From the NCBI GenBank assembly GCA_951406725.2, contig OX597833.1:50344001-50408000 (forward strand): a stretch of 64,000 bases of DNA. Direction: 5' to 3'. This DNA is from Octopus vulgaris. Taxonomy: Eukaryota. Each line of letters begins with the position of its first letter. Position 1 is the first letter of the stretch. Positions 1 to 13,194 of the stretch are shown here, one piece after another. A program made the position numbers and the translations under genes. Under the pieces are notes generated by a model. It worked only from the letters and a program-made list of their open reading frames with translations. It made no database searches and was not told where the DNA came from.

Positions 1-380
1 GCGGTATTTCGTCTGCTGTTACGTTCTGAGTTCAAATTCCGCTGAGGTCGACTTTGCCTTTCATCCTTTCGGGGTCGAATAAATAAGTACCAGTTACACA
101 CTGGGGTCGATATAATCGACTTAATCCGTTTGTCTGTCCTTGTTTGTCCTCTCTGTGTTGAGCCCCTTGTGGGTAGTAAAGAAATAGGTATTTCGTCTGC
201 CGTTACGTGCTGAGTTCAAATTCCGCCAAGGTCGACTTTGCCTTTCATCCTTTCGGGGTCGATTAAATAAGTACCAGTTACACACTGGGGTCGATATAAT
301 AGACTTGATCCGTTTATCTGTCCTTGTTTGTCCCTTCTGTGTTTAGCCCCTTGTGGGTAGTAAAGAAATAGAAATAGGTA
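1..380 (+). mobile_element. SINE-B head-to-tail dimer (5' end outside window)
   Basis: Two ~184-bp units starting GGTATTTCGTCTG at 3 and 187; B-box-like GAGTTCAAATTCC; core GACTTTGCCTTTCATCCTTTCGGGGTCGA; many other copies in window. Confidence 0.9.
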
Positions 381-384
381 CTGT

Positions 385-992
385 CGTCTGCTGTATCCAA
401 TGCGTCAGATCAAATACGAAAATTAAAATTTTAAATTGGTCATCAGTCATTGTCTGTCTATTAAATTTTTCGCATTCTTTGCTTATACGGCCAGCATTTG
501 CAATAAAATCGTCTTCCAGGCGTTTTTCGAATTTCGAACATTTATATTTGATGTTAAACATTGAAAATGTCTTACCAAGCATGTTTGTAAGTCGGCCCAT
601 CGTAGTTTTAAAGTCAAATTCATTAGAATGTTTCGGTAAGACAAAATTAAAGTACTTGTTGCTTTCAATGCTGCCTAATTTTCGCTATAGTTGTCTTACC
701 TAACTTGAATCATTCAGTTCCGATGCTTAAATGACGAAAAGATCTTGATGACGGTTATATCAGGATGCAAAAGTTGGTTCGTTTGTTCATCATATTGAAA
801 AGTAGGAAACTTGTCGAAAATATTCGAAGTGATGCTCCGTTGATTGTTAATCGATATAGTTGGATTTGAGTGCACAGGCTTTCATACTAAAGCTGTTAAA
901 ATATTTAATTGCTGCTTGTCACTTTATTTTTGCATTTCTTGGGAGTCTTGCTGCATGCGCAACAAGTTGATGAAAGCTGCAGTACCTTCCAT
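385..992 (-). pseudogene. Decayed Ty3/Gypsy LTR-retrotransposon gag fragment
   Basis: Minus strand reads ...FQYDEQTNQLFAS*YNRHQDLF...RKLGSIESNKYFNFVLPKHSNEFDFKTT...FNIKYKCSKFEKRLEDDFIANAGRISKECEKF...MTDDQFKILIFV, the pattern of invertebrate Gypsy (K02A2.6-like) gag N-termini; in-frame stops; degenerate PBS-like TTTGGCTATGAG just upstream (~998-1009). Confidence 0.75.
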
Positions 993-1141
993 TTATCACT
1001 CATAGCCAAATAATGCTGTAACTAAGAACGATAAGGATATTTTACTAAGAGAATGATTTTATTAACGAACGAAAAACATTGTAATAATTCCAAAACGAAG
1101 CGTAAAATGGTAAACTATAATGCCAATGCAGTTGTTCTATA

Positions 1142-1225
1142 ACTGCGTGGCACCTTGGGCAAGTGTCTTCTATTATAGCCTCGGGCCGACCAAAGCCTTG
1201 TGAGTGGATTTGGTAGATATGTGTG

Positions 1226-1265
<40 letters not shown>

Positions 1266-1267
1266 AT

Positions 1268-1306
<39 letters not shown>

Positions 1307-1522
1307 ATGTTTGTGTGTCTGTGTTTGTCCCCCACAACATCGCCTGACAACCGATTCTGGTATGTTTACGTCCCCGTAGCCTAGCGGTTCGGCAAAAGGG
1401 ACCGATAGAATAAGTACTAGGCTTACAAAGAATAAGTCCTGGAGTCGATTTTCTCGACTAAAGGCGGTGCTTCAGCATGGCCATAGTCACATGACTGAAA
1501 CAAGTAAAAGAGTAAAAGAGTA
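1142..1522 (+). mobile_element. SINE-A, 5'-truncated
   Basis: CORE-like ACCTTGGGCAAGT, internal microsatellite, 3' stem-loop and (GTAAAAGA)n tail. Confidence 0.9.
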
Positions 1523-1605
1523 ATTATTTACATTATTTACATCATTTACAAGATGAGGACAAATATACATCGAATGTAAATAATGTAAATAATGTATATA
1601 ATTCC
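1523..1605. mobile_element. Collapsed fold-back remnant of the Penelope-like family at 55875-56321
   Basis: CAAGATGAGGACAAATATACATCGAATGTAAATAATGTAAATAATGTA matches ~56261-56310 and is preceded by the inverted TTTACATTATTTACAT. Confidence 0.7.
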
Positions 1606-2017
1606 AATGGTCCACAATGTAAATGAATAAAACTGTACTAAAAACAAAGGCCCAGAGGTGCAAAAGAGCAAATCCATAAAAAAGGTCAATGTATTAAAAA
1701 AAAAAGTCACCTGATAGAGTCAAGGTGTCACACGGTTGGATGAATTGATGCAAGCTAAAATAATAATTGATGTTGGAGTAGGAAAACGTCACATGATAGT
1801 ATCGTGTCATATGATTGGATGAAAGAAAATAAACAAATTATAAAGAATCTTTTGTGTCGTGACAACTGTGGTTGTTTCATCTGTAGACAATACTTTCCTC
1901 GTTCTACACGCATCTCGGACAAACTTGTTTGATAGCACATATATATTCGCATTGTGTTTACTTTAACATTTCAATATTTCTACTCCAGGTGGCAACATTT
2001 GGATCTGTAGATGAAAA

Positions 2018-2084
<67 letters not shown>

Positions 2085-2086
<2 letters not shown>

Positions 2087-2115
2087 GAGCAAATCACCCC
2101 CGTCCAATGGACGGT
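2085..2115 (-). mobile_element. Possible Helitron 3' terminus
   Basis: Palindrome CCGTCCA-A-TGGACGG (2100-2114), ~10 nt from a CTAG-like end (CTCG-T on minus strand) abutting (TA)n. Confidence 0.3.
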
Positions 2116-2399
2116 GCTGAGTTGTCAAACATTTAAACCAAATTTTTTCAAAACAACTTGTCCGACCGTCTCATAGGTTTCCCTTTTGAGAAACAATAAT
2201 TTAATATAAATTTGAGACACCAGCAAAAGAAGAAATAAAGATAAGACTTTTTTTCTATTCCAAAGAAAAACGATTTTATTCACACAAATATGCAACCGAA
2301 GAGTTTAAAGTACCAGTAAGTACATTACAACTGCTGATGGCTTACTGTTTGCTTCTTCCATGGGTATGTGTAAGTATTTCATTTATTTCTTTACCGCAT

Positions 2400-2460
2400 T
2401 TATCACTGACGAAGGGAGGGTTCTTATGAACTAACCCTGAAATCGGGTCCAATATGATAA
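2400..2460 (+). ncRNA. Degenerate type I hammerhead motif in a probable Penelope-like remnant (~2260-2600)
   Basis: TTATCA-CTGACGA-AGGG...CCCT-GAAA-TCGG-GTC-caata-TGATAA: core boxes and stem II intact; stem I offset by 5 nt. Confidence 0.5.
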
Positions 2461-2607
2461 TAACGGAATTTTTAAAGAAATTTCTGTCGGCTTTCTTCGA
2501 GACGCGTGCTTATAGTGATGAATTATATGATTATGGACGATGTGTCTGTTTTCGGCATATTTGGCATTAGAAATTTTTTATATTTTGCCCTAAGTTATAT
2601 ATATATA

Positions 2608-2939
2608 ACATCACCATCAAAATACAGGTCCAGATACTGCAACAGCTTGGGTTTCAGAGGACCACAGCTCTTTAACATCCTCCCTAAATGCCTGAGAGAC
2701 TTACATGGTGTGGATGTGGGTTTCTTTAAAACTAAACTGGATCTCTTCTTGTCGGGAGTCCCAGATGAACCTACCTCACGACAGGAGACGCGGATGCGGG
2801 CAGCAGCATCGAACTCCCTTGTTGATCAAGTGCCACGTATCAGAGGTGGATTCACAAATTAGTGTAGCTCATTCAGCGGTGGTTCCCCAGCATGGCCGCG
2901 GCCTTCGGGCTAAAACATTTTAAAGGATTTAAGGATTTA
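2608..2939 (+). mobile_element. 3' end of CR1/L2-group LINE (ORF2 C-terminus, 3'UTR, tandem tail)
   Basis: Open frame ...NSLGFRGPQLFNILPKCLRDLHGVDVGFFKTKLDLFLSGVPDEP...AAASNSLVDQV ending TAG 2860-2862; short UTR with stem-loop; (TTTAAGGA)n tail. Confidence 0.8.
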
Positions 2940-2957
2940 TATATATATGTATGTTTG

Positions 2958-2993
<36 letters not shown>

Positions 2994-3345
2994 TGTATGT
3001 ATGTATGTATGTATGTATGTATGTATACGCGTATGTGCATGCGCTTGTGTGTTTGTGTGTGCGCACGTGCGTGCGTGGATTCTGAACTCATCTTGTAAGT
3101 CATGACATTCTGCACCGATTCCATTGCTAATCCATCCACTGTTATCCTAGGAATAACTCTCTGATCAGAATAGCCTCAACCACACTGAGCGTTGGTAATG
3201 ATTAAAACCATCGTTTTTAACATAGCACCGGATGTCACTTGACTCCGATTACCCGTAGTTTATCATTGCAGATGAGATTCTTGGTTGGGCAGCGGGTATT
3301 GATTAGACACATATAGGGAAGGGGTAACCGAATGTTGAAAATGGG

Positions 3346-3364
3346 TGATGACGATGATGATGAT

Positions 3365-3403
<39 letters not shown>

Positions 3404-3504
3404 GGATGAGGATGATGATGATGATGAGGATGATGATGATGATGATGAGGATGATGAGGATGAGGATGATGATGATGATGAGGATGATGATGATGATGAT
3501 GATG

Positions 3505-3547
<43 letters not shown>

Positions 3548-3585
3548 GGATGATGATGATAATGATGATGAGGATGATGATGATG

Positions 3586-3665
<80 letters not shown>

Positions 3666-3666
3666 A

Positions 3667-3698
<32 letters not shown>

Positions 3699-3747
3699 GA
3701 TGATGATGATGAGGATGATGATGAGGATGATGATGAGGATGATGATG

Positions 3748-3821
<74 letters not shown>

Positions 3822-4062
3822 GATGATGATGATGATGATGATGATGATGAGGATGATGATGATGATGATGATGAGGATGATGATGATGATGATGATGATG
3901 AGGATGATGATGATGATGATGATGAGGATGATGATGAGGATGATGATGAGGATGATGATGATGATGATGAGGATGATGATGATGATGATGAGGATGATGA
4001 GGATGAGGATGATAATGATGATGATGATAATGATGATGATGATGATGATGATGATGAGGATA

Positions 4063-4147
<85 letters not shown>

Positions 4148-4164
4148 GAATGAGGATGATGATG

Positions 4165-4222
<58 letters not shown>

Positions 4223-4330
4223 CGATGATGACGATGATGATGAGGATGATGATGATGATGATGATGATGGTGATAATGATGAGGATGGTTTGATGGTAGA
4301 TGTGAATGAGGAGGATGAAAATGAGGATGA
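3346..4330 (+). repeat. ~1 kb (GAT)n trinucleotide array with GAG/AAT interruptions
   Basis: Directly visible; source of the poly-D/poly-M/poly-H ORFs. Confidence 0.97.
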
Positions 4331-5186
4331 ATTGTGAGAGGAAAAGACAAAAAAAATGTAAACGGAAGAGCGGGGAAGGAGAATTTAGAAAAAGGAAAAA
4401 AAGTGGGGGGGGGGTAGATGAAGAAAGAAGATGTAAAAGGTACGAAGAGGAAGTGGAAGAGGAAGAAAGGGCAAGAGAGAAAGAAGTGAGAGTAAAGAGG
4501 AGAAAGAGAAGGAAAAGAATGTAGAAGAGGTGGATGAGAAGGAAGGAAGGAAGGAAGGAAAGAAGGAGTAGGGAGAGGTAGATGAGAAGCGAGATTATGA
4601 CGTTGATGGCGGTAAATAGATGTTTAAATTATAGGGAATACTCGGAATTGGTACAATTAAGACGAAATGCAAGGCGACAGACGATGGTGCACATAGAGAA
4701 AGTTCATAATTACTGATAAAAATAGATTCCAAGTCTATGGTTTTTCGTTTCCATGGCAATGAGACGCTCTTTTGCTCTTTTGCTGTTCGTTATCTTGCGA
4801 AGAATTCAGATCTAAAACCTCTTGGCAATTGTAACCATTCATTAAGTTAAATCGTTGGATTGGCGTGGTACCAATAATTGGTATGTAATTGGGGAAAGAG
4901 CGGTTTCAATATCTTGCCCAAGGAAAATGCTTATTCTTAATAACAGGACAAAGGACAGAACGAATGAAATATTAAACTCAGTCGACATTTTATCTTTGAG
5001 ACTGTTCCATATATATATAATGATGCGTGAAAAAAAAACACAAAAAAAAACAGAAACAAAAAGGTGGTGCTCCAGCATGGCCGCAGTCAAATGACTGAAA
5101 CAAGTAAAAGAGTAAAAGAGTATATATATATACATGTATTGAAGATTAAGAAATTGTTTAACTGAAAAAAATATTTAAAATATTTA

Positions 5187-5798
<612 letters not shown>

Positions 5799-5863
5799 AT
5801 ATACATATACATACACACACACACACACACGCACACATATATATATATACATGTATATGTATA

Positions 5864-6629
5864 TACTCTTTTACTCTTTTACTTGTTTCAGTCATTTGAC
5901 TGCGGCCATGCTGGAGCACCACCTTTTAATCGAGCAACTCGACCCGGGACTTATTCTTTGTAAGCCCAGTACTTATTCTATCGGTCTCTTTTGCCGAACC
6001 GCTAGGTGATGGGGACATAAACACACCAGCATCGGTTGTCAAGCAATGCTAGGGGGACAAACACAGACACACAAACACACACGCACATATATATACACAC
6101 ACTAAATAAACATAGACGCACATAGAGATATAAGCATGCGCAAATGAAGACATACAATAGAAATACAAAATGGCTGACGGTTAGTAAGGAGAGACACAAA
6201 TACGAAAGAAGAAATCGAAGGACCACTGATGCGGTCACAGGAGTGTGAGGAAAGAACTCTGGCCGAAATAAGATTAAGATTAATGTAAAAAATAAATATC
6301 ACTGAAGCAAAATAACACCAAATATGTAGTGCGTGTGTTTTTATTGGCTAAACTGGCAATATGACCATTCCGAAATATAACAATATATATATATATACGA
6401 CGGTTATCAAGCGATGTTGGGGGGGGGGGACAAATACAGACACACAAACATATACACACACATACATATATACGACGGGCTTCTTTTAGTTTCCGTCTAC
6501 CAAATCCACTCACAAGGCTTTGGTCGGCCCGAGGCTATAGTAGAAGACACTTGCCCAAGATGCCACGCAGTCGGACTGAACCCGGAACCATGTGGTTGGT
6601 AAGCAAGCTACTTACCACACAGCCACTCA
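5864..6629 (-). mobile_element. Two SINE-A pieces (3' half 5864-6090; 5' half 6398-6629) around an unclassified insert
   Basis: Reverse complement of the SINE-A consensus; CGGTTGTCAAGC...ACAGACAC segment present in both pieces. Confidence 0.85.
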
Positions 6630-7470
6630 TTTATGACAAAACAAATGAAAACGGTGACTACTTTTCGTTATTAATTGTCAATTATCACAAACACATTTCC
6701 CACAGAGTGTAGCATAAATAACTTTGCTTGCCATACACATACAATATATTATTCGCCGTGTATAAATGATACCACCACATACTGCTTGGACAATAGTAGA
6801 AATTTATGAAAAACCCAATCATAATTATCATGAAGATAATTACCGATGATACCAATGCACGTATGGTTCGGTGTCTGGGTTTTAACCTGAATGATAACTG
6901 GGGCGCGAGAAATATTATTACGAATAATATAAGGACAAATCTTTTCACATAATTCCTAAGGGACGTCCACACTCTGAACTTAATGAGTTTTCTACAAAAA
7001 TTACTGTCTAAAATATAATCAATGAAATCTCCGCTCATAATTATTTAGCAAAATTTTTTCAGTTTTTTTTTTTATCTTCTTTATAATTTCAATTCTTCAT
7101 TTGGCGAAAACGTCTCAACGACGCACGGTGGATATTACATTTGGTTGCCAACAGATGAAATGTGTTGTTGCTGGATAAGGAAATTCCAGAGCAGAATAAA
7201 CCTAAATTTCCTCCGAAATTTTACAATTGGTATTTCTAAGATTTGAAGTTTCCGGTTTATATTTGATATTCTTTAATCCAAATGAAGACAAAAAAAAAAA
7301 AAAATTCATTTAGAAAATGCTGATGACGTCAGCAATAACGACAGACGTCATAACATGATAGACATCACTCTTTTACTCTTTTACTTGTTTCAGTCATTTG
7401 ACTGCGGTCATGCTAGAGCACCGCCTTTAGTCGAGCAAATCGACCCCAGGACTTATTCTATATACATACA

Positions 7471-7574
<104 letters not shown>

Positions 7575-7606
7575 GAGAGAGAGAGAGAGAGAGAGAGGAA
7601 AGCATA

Positions 7607-7923
7607 ATTGACCATGGGATTGCATGTAGAAAGTTCCCCTCCGAGATACCAGTCCAAGAAACGTTGTTGAGGAAAGACCATTAGTTGCCCATGCATGCCA
7701 GTCTTAACTCTCCACGCCACTGATGGTATCCAAGGGAAAGGCAAAGGGGCCGATACGGCTTGGCACCAGTGACGTCTCAACTCATTTCTACAGCTGAGTG
7801 AACAGGAGCGACGTGAAATAAAGTGTCTTGCTCAAGAACACAACACAGCCTGGACTATGAATCGAACTCACTACCTCATGATTGTGAACCCGACGCTCTA
7901 GCCACTGAGCAATATGCCTTCAC
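7607..7923 (-). mobile_element. SINE-D (tRNA head + CORE-like body)
   Basis: Reverse-complement homolog of 59620-59965. Confidence 0.85.
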
Positions 7924-8480
7924 CCCAACCCCACATATTTATGTATGCATATATAAGTGTGTTGTGTGTATGTATATGTGTATGTGTGTGTGAGTATATC
8001 TAGAGAGGAAGATAGGGAGGAGAAGGGAGTAACGAGATGAGAGACAGGGTTACCGCGAAGATTTTCAGTTGATAATGATATGTGGAACAATGATCAGAAA
8101 AACGAGCAGAATCGATCGTATGGCTTCGTAAAGTGTATCGTATTTCTACGATTTCCCGACATCACAAGCATGATATGCGATCAAAGATGTGGGCAAACTA
8201 ATATCGCTGCATATCACTGATGTATCATGGAAACTTTTATAGTTTCTTAAATTACAAAAAAAAAAAAAAAAAAAAAATGAAAAAGAAAAAAACAAACAAA
8301 CAAGATATCAACCAAACCAAATCTGCTTCCGCCGACTTCCTTTGTTAGCTTTGGTTAATCATTGCCAGAAAGTATTTAGGTTTTTCTTTCGTCTTGTAAG
8401 CAGATCTTGTAAAATAGCAATAGGTTTTTCTTTTCCTTTGTCCATCCTTCTGTTTGTTTCGATCTGCCTCTCTGTCTATT

Positions 8481-8539
<59 letters not shown>

Positions 8540-8623
8540 ATCTCTCTCTCTCTGTTCCGTTTTTCCATCTCTGTCTTTCCATCTACTACTAGTCTCTTTG
8601 ATGCTTGCCTGCCGGTTGCTTGC

Positions 8624-8691
<68 letters not shown>

Positions 8692-8716
8692 GTCCGTCTG
8701 TATGTCTCTCTGTCTG

Positions 8717-8777
<61 letters not shown>

Positions 8778-8779
<2 letters not shown>

Positions 8780-8938
8780 GAGTTCAAATTCCACCGAGGT
8801 AGACTTTGACTTTCATCCTTTCAGGATCGATAAATTAAGTACCAGTTACACACTGGGGTCGATATAATCGACTTAATCCGTTTTTCTGTCCTTGTTTGTC
8901 CCCTCTGTGTTTAGCCCCTTGTGGGTAGTAAAGAAATA
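8778..8938 (+). mobile_element. SINE-B, 5'-truncated, inside (TCTA)n/(TCTG)n
   Basis: Matches units at 1-380. Confidence 0.9.
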
Positions 8939-8973
8939 TATCTGTCTGTCTGTTTGTCTGTCTACCTATTTAC

Positions 8974-9023
<50 letters not shown>

Positions 9024-9664
9024 CTATCTATGGGTCTGTCTAACCATCCGTCTGTCTGTTTGTCTGTCTGTCTCTCTTTCTGTCTCTCTATTCTGTTTTT
9101 CCCCCTCTGTCTTTCCATCTACTGCCAGTCTGCTTGATGCTTGCCTGCCTGCCTGGTTACTTACCTCTCTGTCTGTCTGTCAGTCTGTCTCTCCTCCTCT
9201 GCACCCCCCACTCACACACATTTACATATATGTACAAGGTGCCTCAAAATGATTTGATACGCCTTTTTTTATTTTTATTTGCTAATGGCAGAATTGTGAG
9301 ACAAAATGTTTAGCAATATTACACGCTTTAAGTTAAAATTCCGCCGTTGTCCAATTTACCATTCATGCTATTTGGGGCTGATAAAATAAATACCAGCCGA
9401 GCATTAGGGTTAATGTACTCGAATTGCTCCTACACACGAACCCCACCCCCTTCTGCCTAAAATAAAATGAGCAAAATAGTTGTAATTAGCTCGTTATAAT
9501 TGTGTTTCTTCGAACCATTTTTACTGGTATCTAAAATGTGTCACGTGATTATGACACACCAAAACATATAAATACACACACACATATATATTTACATATA
9601 TACATATAAACATGTATTAATATATATTAATATATATATATATGTTTTTATTCTAATATAAAAT

Positions 9665-9990
9665 ACCTCCAAACCTTCTAATGTCGTTACTGTCCTGTTT
9701 TTGTTACCATTTTTACCCCTCCGCAAAAAAAATCGCAAATTTTATTTAATTTGCTTTTCGCGAGAAGGAAAGTTTCAGTCGAAGTTGCGTCTCGCATTCA
9801 CCTTCGAAACGCAGAGTAGATGAAACCACGGCGACTGAAGAAGTGGAATTTTCCTTGTGTTATTTGTCCTGTACTCTATTTTTTCGTTGTTTAAGAAAAA
9901 TGTCCAGTTCCTTGGTTTTGTGTTTATGTTTTCGTTTCTCATTGTGTTGGACGTTTTTTTTGTGTCCTGTACCCATATATGCATGTATAT
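9665..9990 (+). mobile_element. Penelope-like terminal remnant with short inversion and 3' half of a hammerhead
   Basis: CCTTC-GAAA-CGCAGAGT-A (compare GAAACTCAGAGTA at 60837); TTCAGTCG/CGACTGAA inverted pair; T-rich tail running into (TA)n. Confidence 0.35.
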
Positions 9991-10084
9991 ATGAATGTAG
10001 ATGTAGGTACGTACATATATGTATGTATATTAGCATATGTTTTATTTATTAATTTGTTATATATATATATATATATATATATAT

Positions 10085-10473
10085 AGGCACAGGAGTGGCT
10101 GTGTTGTAAGTAGCTTGCTTAACAACCACGTAGTTCCGGGCACTTTGGGCAAGTGTCTTCTACTATAGCCTCAGGCAGACCAAAGCCTTGTGGGTGGATT
10201 TGGTAGACGGAAACTGGTATATGTATATATACCAGTATATGTATATATATATGTGTGTGTGTATATATATTTATGTGTCTGAGTTTGTCCCCATCATCGC
10301 TTGACAACCAATGTTGGTGTGTTTACGTTCCCGTAACTTAGCGGTTCAGCAAAAAGAACTGATAGAATAAGTACTAGGCTTACAAAAAATAGGTGCTGGG
10401 GCTGATTTTTCGACTAAAGGTGTTGCTCCAGCATGGCAACGGTCAAAATGACTGAAACAAATAAATAAAAGAA
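10085..10473 (+). mobile_element. SINE-A
   Basis: Head GGCACAGGAGTGGCTGTG through 3' stem-loop; small internal deletion. Confidence 0.9.
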
Positions 10474-10634
10474 TGCATACATATATCTCCATATTAATAT
10501 ATATACATAAATATATATACACACACGCAAGCACACACATACACACACGCACGCACAAACACACGCACACTCACATATGTATTCTGGTCTTCCACAAACA
10601 ACAATGGTCATTCATGACCAAAGGGGGTCATTAC

Positions 10635-10729
<95 letters not shown>

Positions 10730-11221
10730 CATTTCCAAGTAAGTATAGAGAGAATGAGTGACAGAGTGAGAGAGAGAGGGATTGAGAGAGAGAAAGAGAA
10801 GGTGGAAGAAAGAGGGAATGAACGAGAGAGTGAGAAAGAAAGTGTGAGAGTGAGAGAAAGAGAGAAAGAGGGAGAGAAGAGAGAGAGAGGATGAGTGTGA
10901 GAATGGAAGAGAAGGAGAGTGTGTGTGTGAGAGAGAGAAAGAGAAAGAGACAAACAGAAAGAAAGAGAGAAAGAGTGAGTGCAAGAGATAGAAAAATAGA
11001 TAGATAGATAGATAGATAGATAGATGGATAGATATGTTTCTTTATTAGCCACACAGGGCTGCACACAGACAGAACAAATTACAAGGTAGAGCTTTTCTTT
11101 TGGGGGTAAAAAAAAGGGGGTTGGTTTTCGATCAAAAGAGATCGTAAAAGGAAAGAAAGAGGACAAAAAAAGGGGAGGATTTTAAAAAAAAGGGGGGGGA
11201 AAGAAAAGAAAAGAGGGGACG

Positions 11222-11274
<53 letters not shown>

Positions 11275-11811
11275 GGATAGATGGATAGATAGAGAAATGT
11301 AAGAGAGAGAAATGTAAGCAAACTCACTTGTGCGTTGATTAAACATGTATCCATTGACTGCAGTTCCGTTTTTTATTAATATATTTTGTTACACCCTTAT
11401 TTTCATTGTAAGAATCCTCACAACTACAATCCTATAATCCCTAGAGATTTAATCTCTTTTATTCCCTAATCCTGTACTTATTCAGGACCAGGTTTTACAC
11501 TCACAGTACTTCATTGCGGTCTCTAAGCAATAATTGCGAAGAATTTAATATATTTCTGTTTATTATTGATGTGACAGAGAGAACTATGTTTCCCGTAAGT
11601 TTACGCTTTAATAAGTGCTGGCTACATCTGTAAAATAACGAACAACGTGAGCCGAAGATCGCGGTTTATATCTTTTCATTTAAAAGCGTTTCAAACGTTT
11701 TGTGTACTCAGAAACTTAAGGTGTAGTGAATGAATGTTCTGTGAGTTTAAGAATCTCCGAAGTTGTTGAAATATTTGACTATTTACGACGTTTATTTATT
11801 TGCGAATAACT

Positions 11812-12625
11812 GAAGTCGTTGAGCTGGCAGCATTGTTAGCACACCGGGCGAAATACTTAGCGGTATTTCGTCTGCGTTACGTTGTGAGTTCAAATTCCGC
11901 CGAGGTCGACTTTGCCTTTCATCCTTTCGGGGTCGATAAATTAAGTACCAGTCATGCACTGGGGGTCGATGTAATCGACTTAATCCCTTTGTCTGTCCTT
12001 GTTTGTCCCCTCTATGTTTAACCCTTGTGGGCAATAAAGAAATAAGAATCGTTAGCACGCCGGGCGAAATGCCTAGCGGTATTTTGTCTGCCGTTACGTT
12101 GTGAGTTCAAATCCCTCCGAAGTCGACTTTGCCTTTCATCCTTTCGGGGTCGATTAAATAAGTACCAGTTACGCACTGGGGTCGATATAAACGACCTAAT
12201 CCGTTTGTCTGTCCTTGTTTGTCCACTCTATGCTTAGCTCTTTGTGGATAGTAAAGAAATAGGTATTTCGTCTGCCGTTACGTTCTGAGTTCAAATTCCG
12301 TCGAGGTCGACTTTGCCTTTCATCCTTTCGGGGTCGATAAATTAAGTACCAGTTACCTACTGGTGTTAATCTAATAGATCAGCCACCTCCTCCAAAATTT
12401 CGGGCCTTGTGCCTAGACTAGAAAAGAATCGTTAGCACGCCGGGCAAAATGCTTATCAGCATTTCGCCCGTTTTTTTTACGTTCTAAGTTCAAATTCGTC
12501 CCTGGTCAACTTTGCTTTCATCTTTTAGGGATCAAAAAAATAAGGACCAGTTGAGCACTGGGATCAATGTAATCCATTTATCCCTTCCTCCAAAGTTGTT
12601 AACCATGTGTCAAAATTTTAAAAGG
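11812..12625 (+). mobile_element. SINE-B four-unit head-to-tail concatemer
   Basis: Full head at 11812; re-entry junctions at ~12046 (GAATCGTTAGCAC), ~12262 (GGTATTTCG) and ~12426 (GAATCGTTAGCAC). Confidence 0.9.
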
Positions 12626-12849
12626 GATAACTTTCGAATAATTAACTGTGAATAGGAATGACTGTGTGATAATGAAATTCGCCTGGTAATCATGTTGTTT
12701 CATGTTTGTTCGCTACCTCTACACTTCATGGCACCTTGGACATTTGCCTTTGCTAAAGCCTCAGGTCGAACCATGTACATGCATATATGTCTGTTTTGTT
12801 TAATTTAGTGTCAGATTTTCATCGTTCCAGATATCGTTATCATTTGTAG

Positions 12850-13111
12850 CTTATGAATTAAGGAGTTTCGTTTTGGGATTCGGTTTGCAAGATTCTTTAT
12901 ATGAGTTCGTGTGTTGAAGCATATTCTGTTGTGTCTGGGGAGAGTCGTTGCGTCTTGCAACCTTTTCAATAGTCAAGACGATTGAAAAGGTTGCAAGACG
13001 CAACGAAAATTTTAGGAAAATAAAAATAAGAAAAAGTGGAAATTTTACCGGTTTGTGTGTTAAATTAAAAGGCACAAAACGAAAATGACTCTCCCCAGAC
13101 ACAACAGAATA
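12850..13111. mobile_element. Nested fold-back element (probably Penelope-like derived)
   Basis: Perfect 26-bp hairpin 12945-13006; outer 28-bp inverted repeat 12922-12949/13084-13111; homologous to 42627-42810. Confidence 0.7.
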
Positions 13112-13194
13112 AGGAGTTACTTTCTCTTTACTCCAAACGAGTTTGTACATATCCCGTTGCTCCAATAATAATAGGTATGTAAATAAAAGTGTAT

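Noticed and set aside
3235-4350. Long poly-His, poly-Asp and poly-Met ORFs
   Set aside because: Three readings of one (GAT)n tract; no splice signals or complex coding flanks
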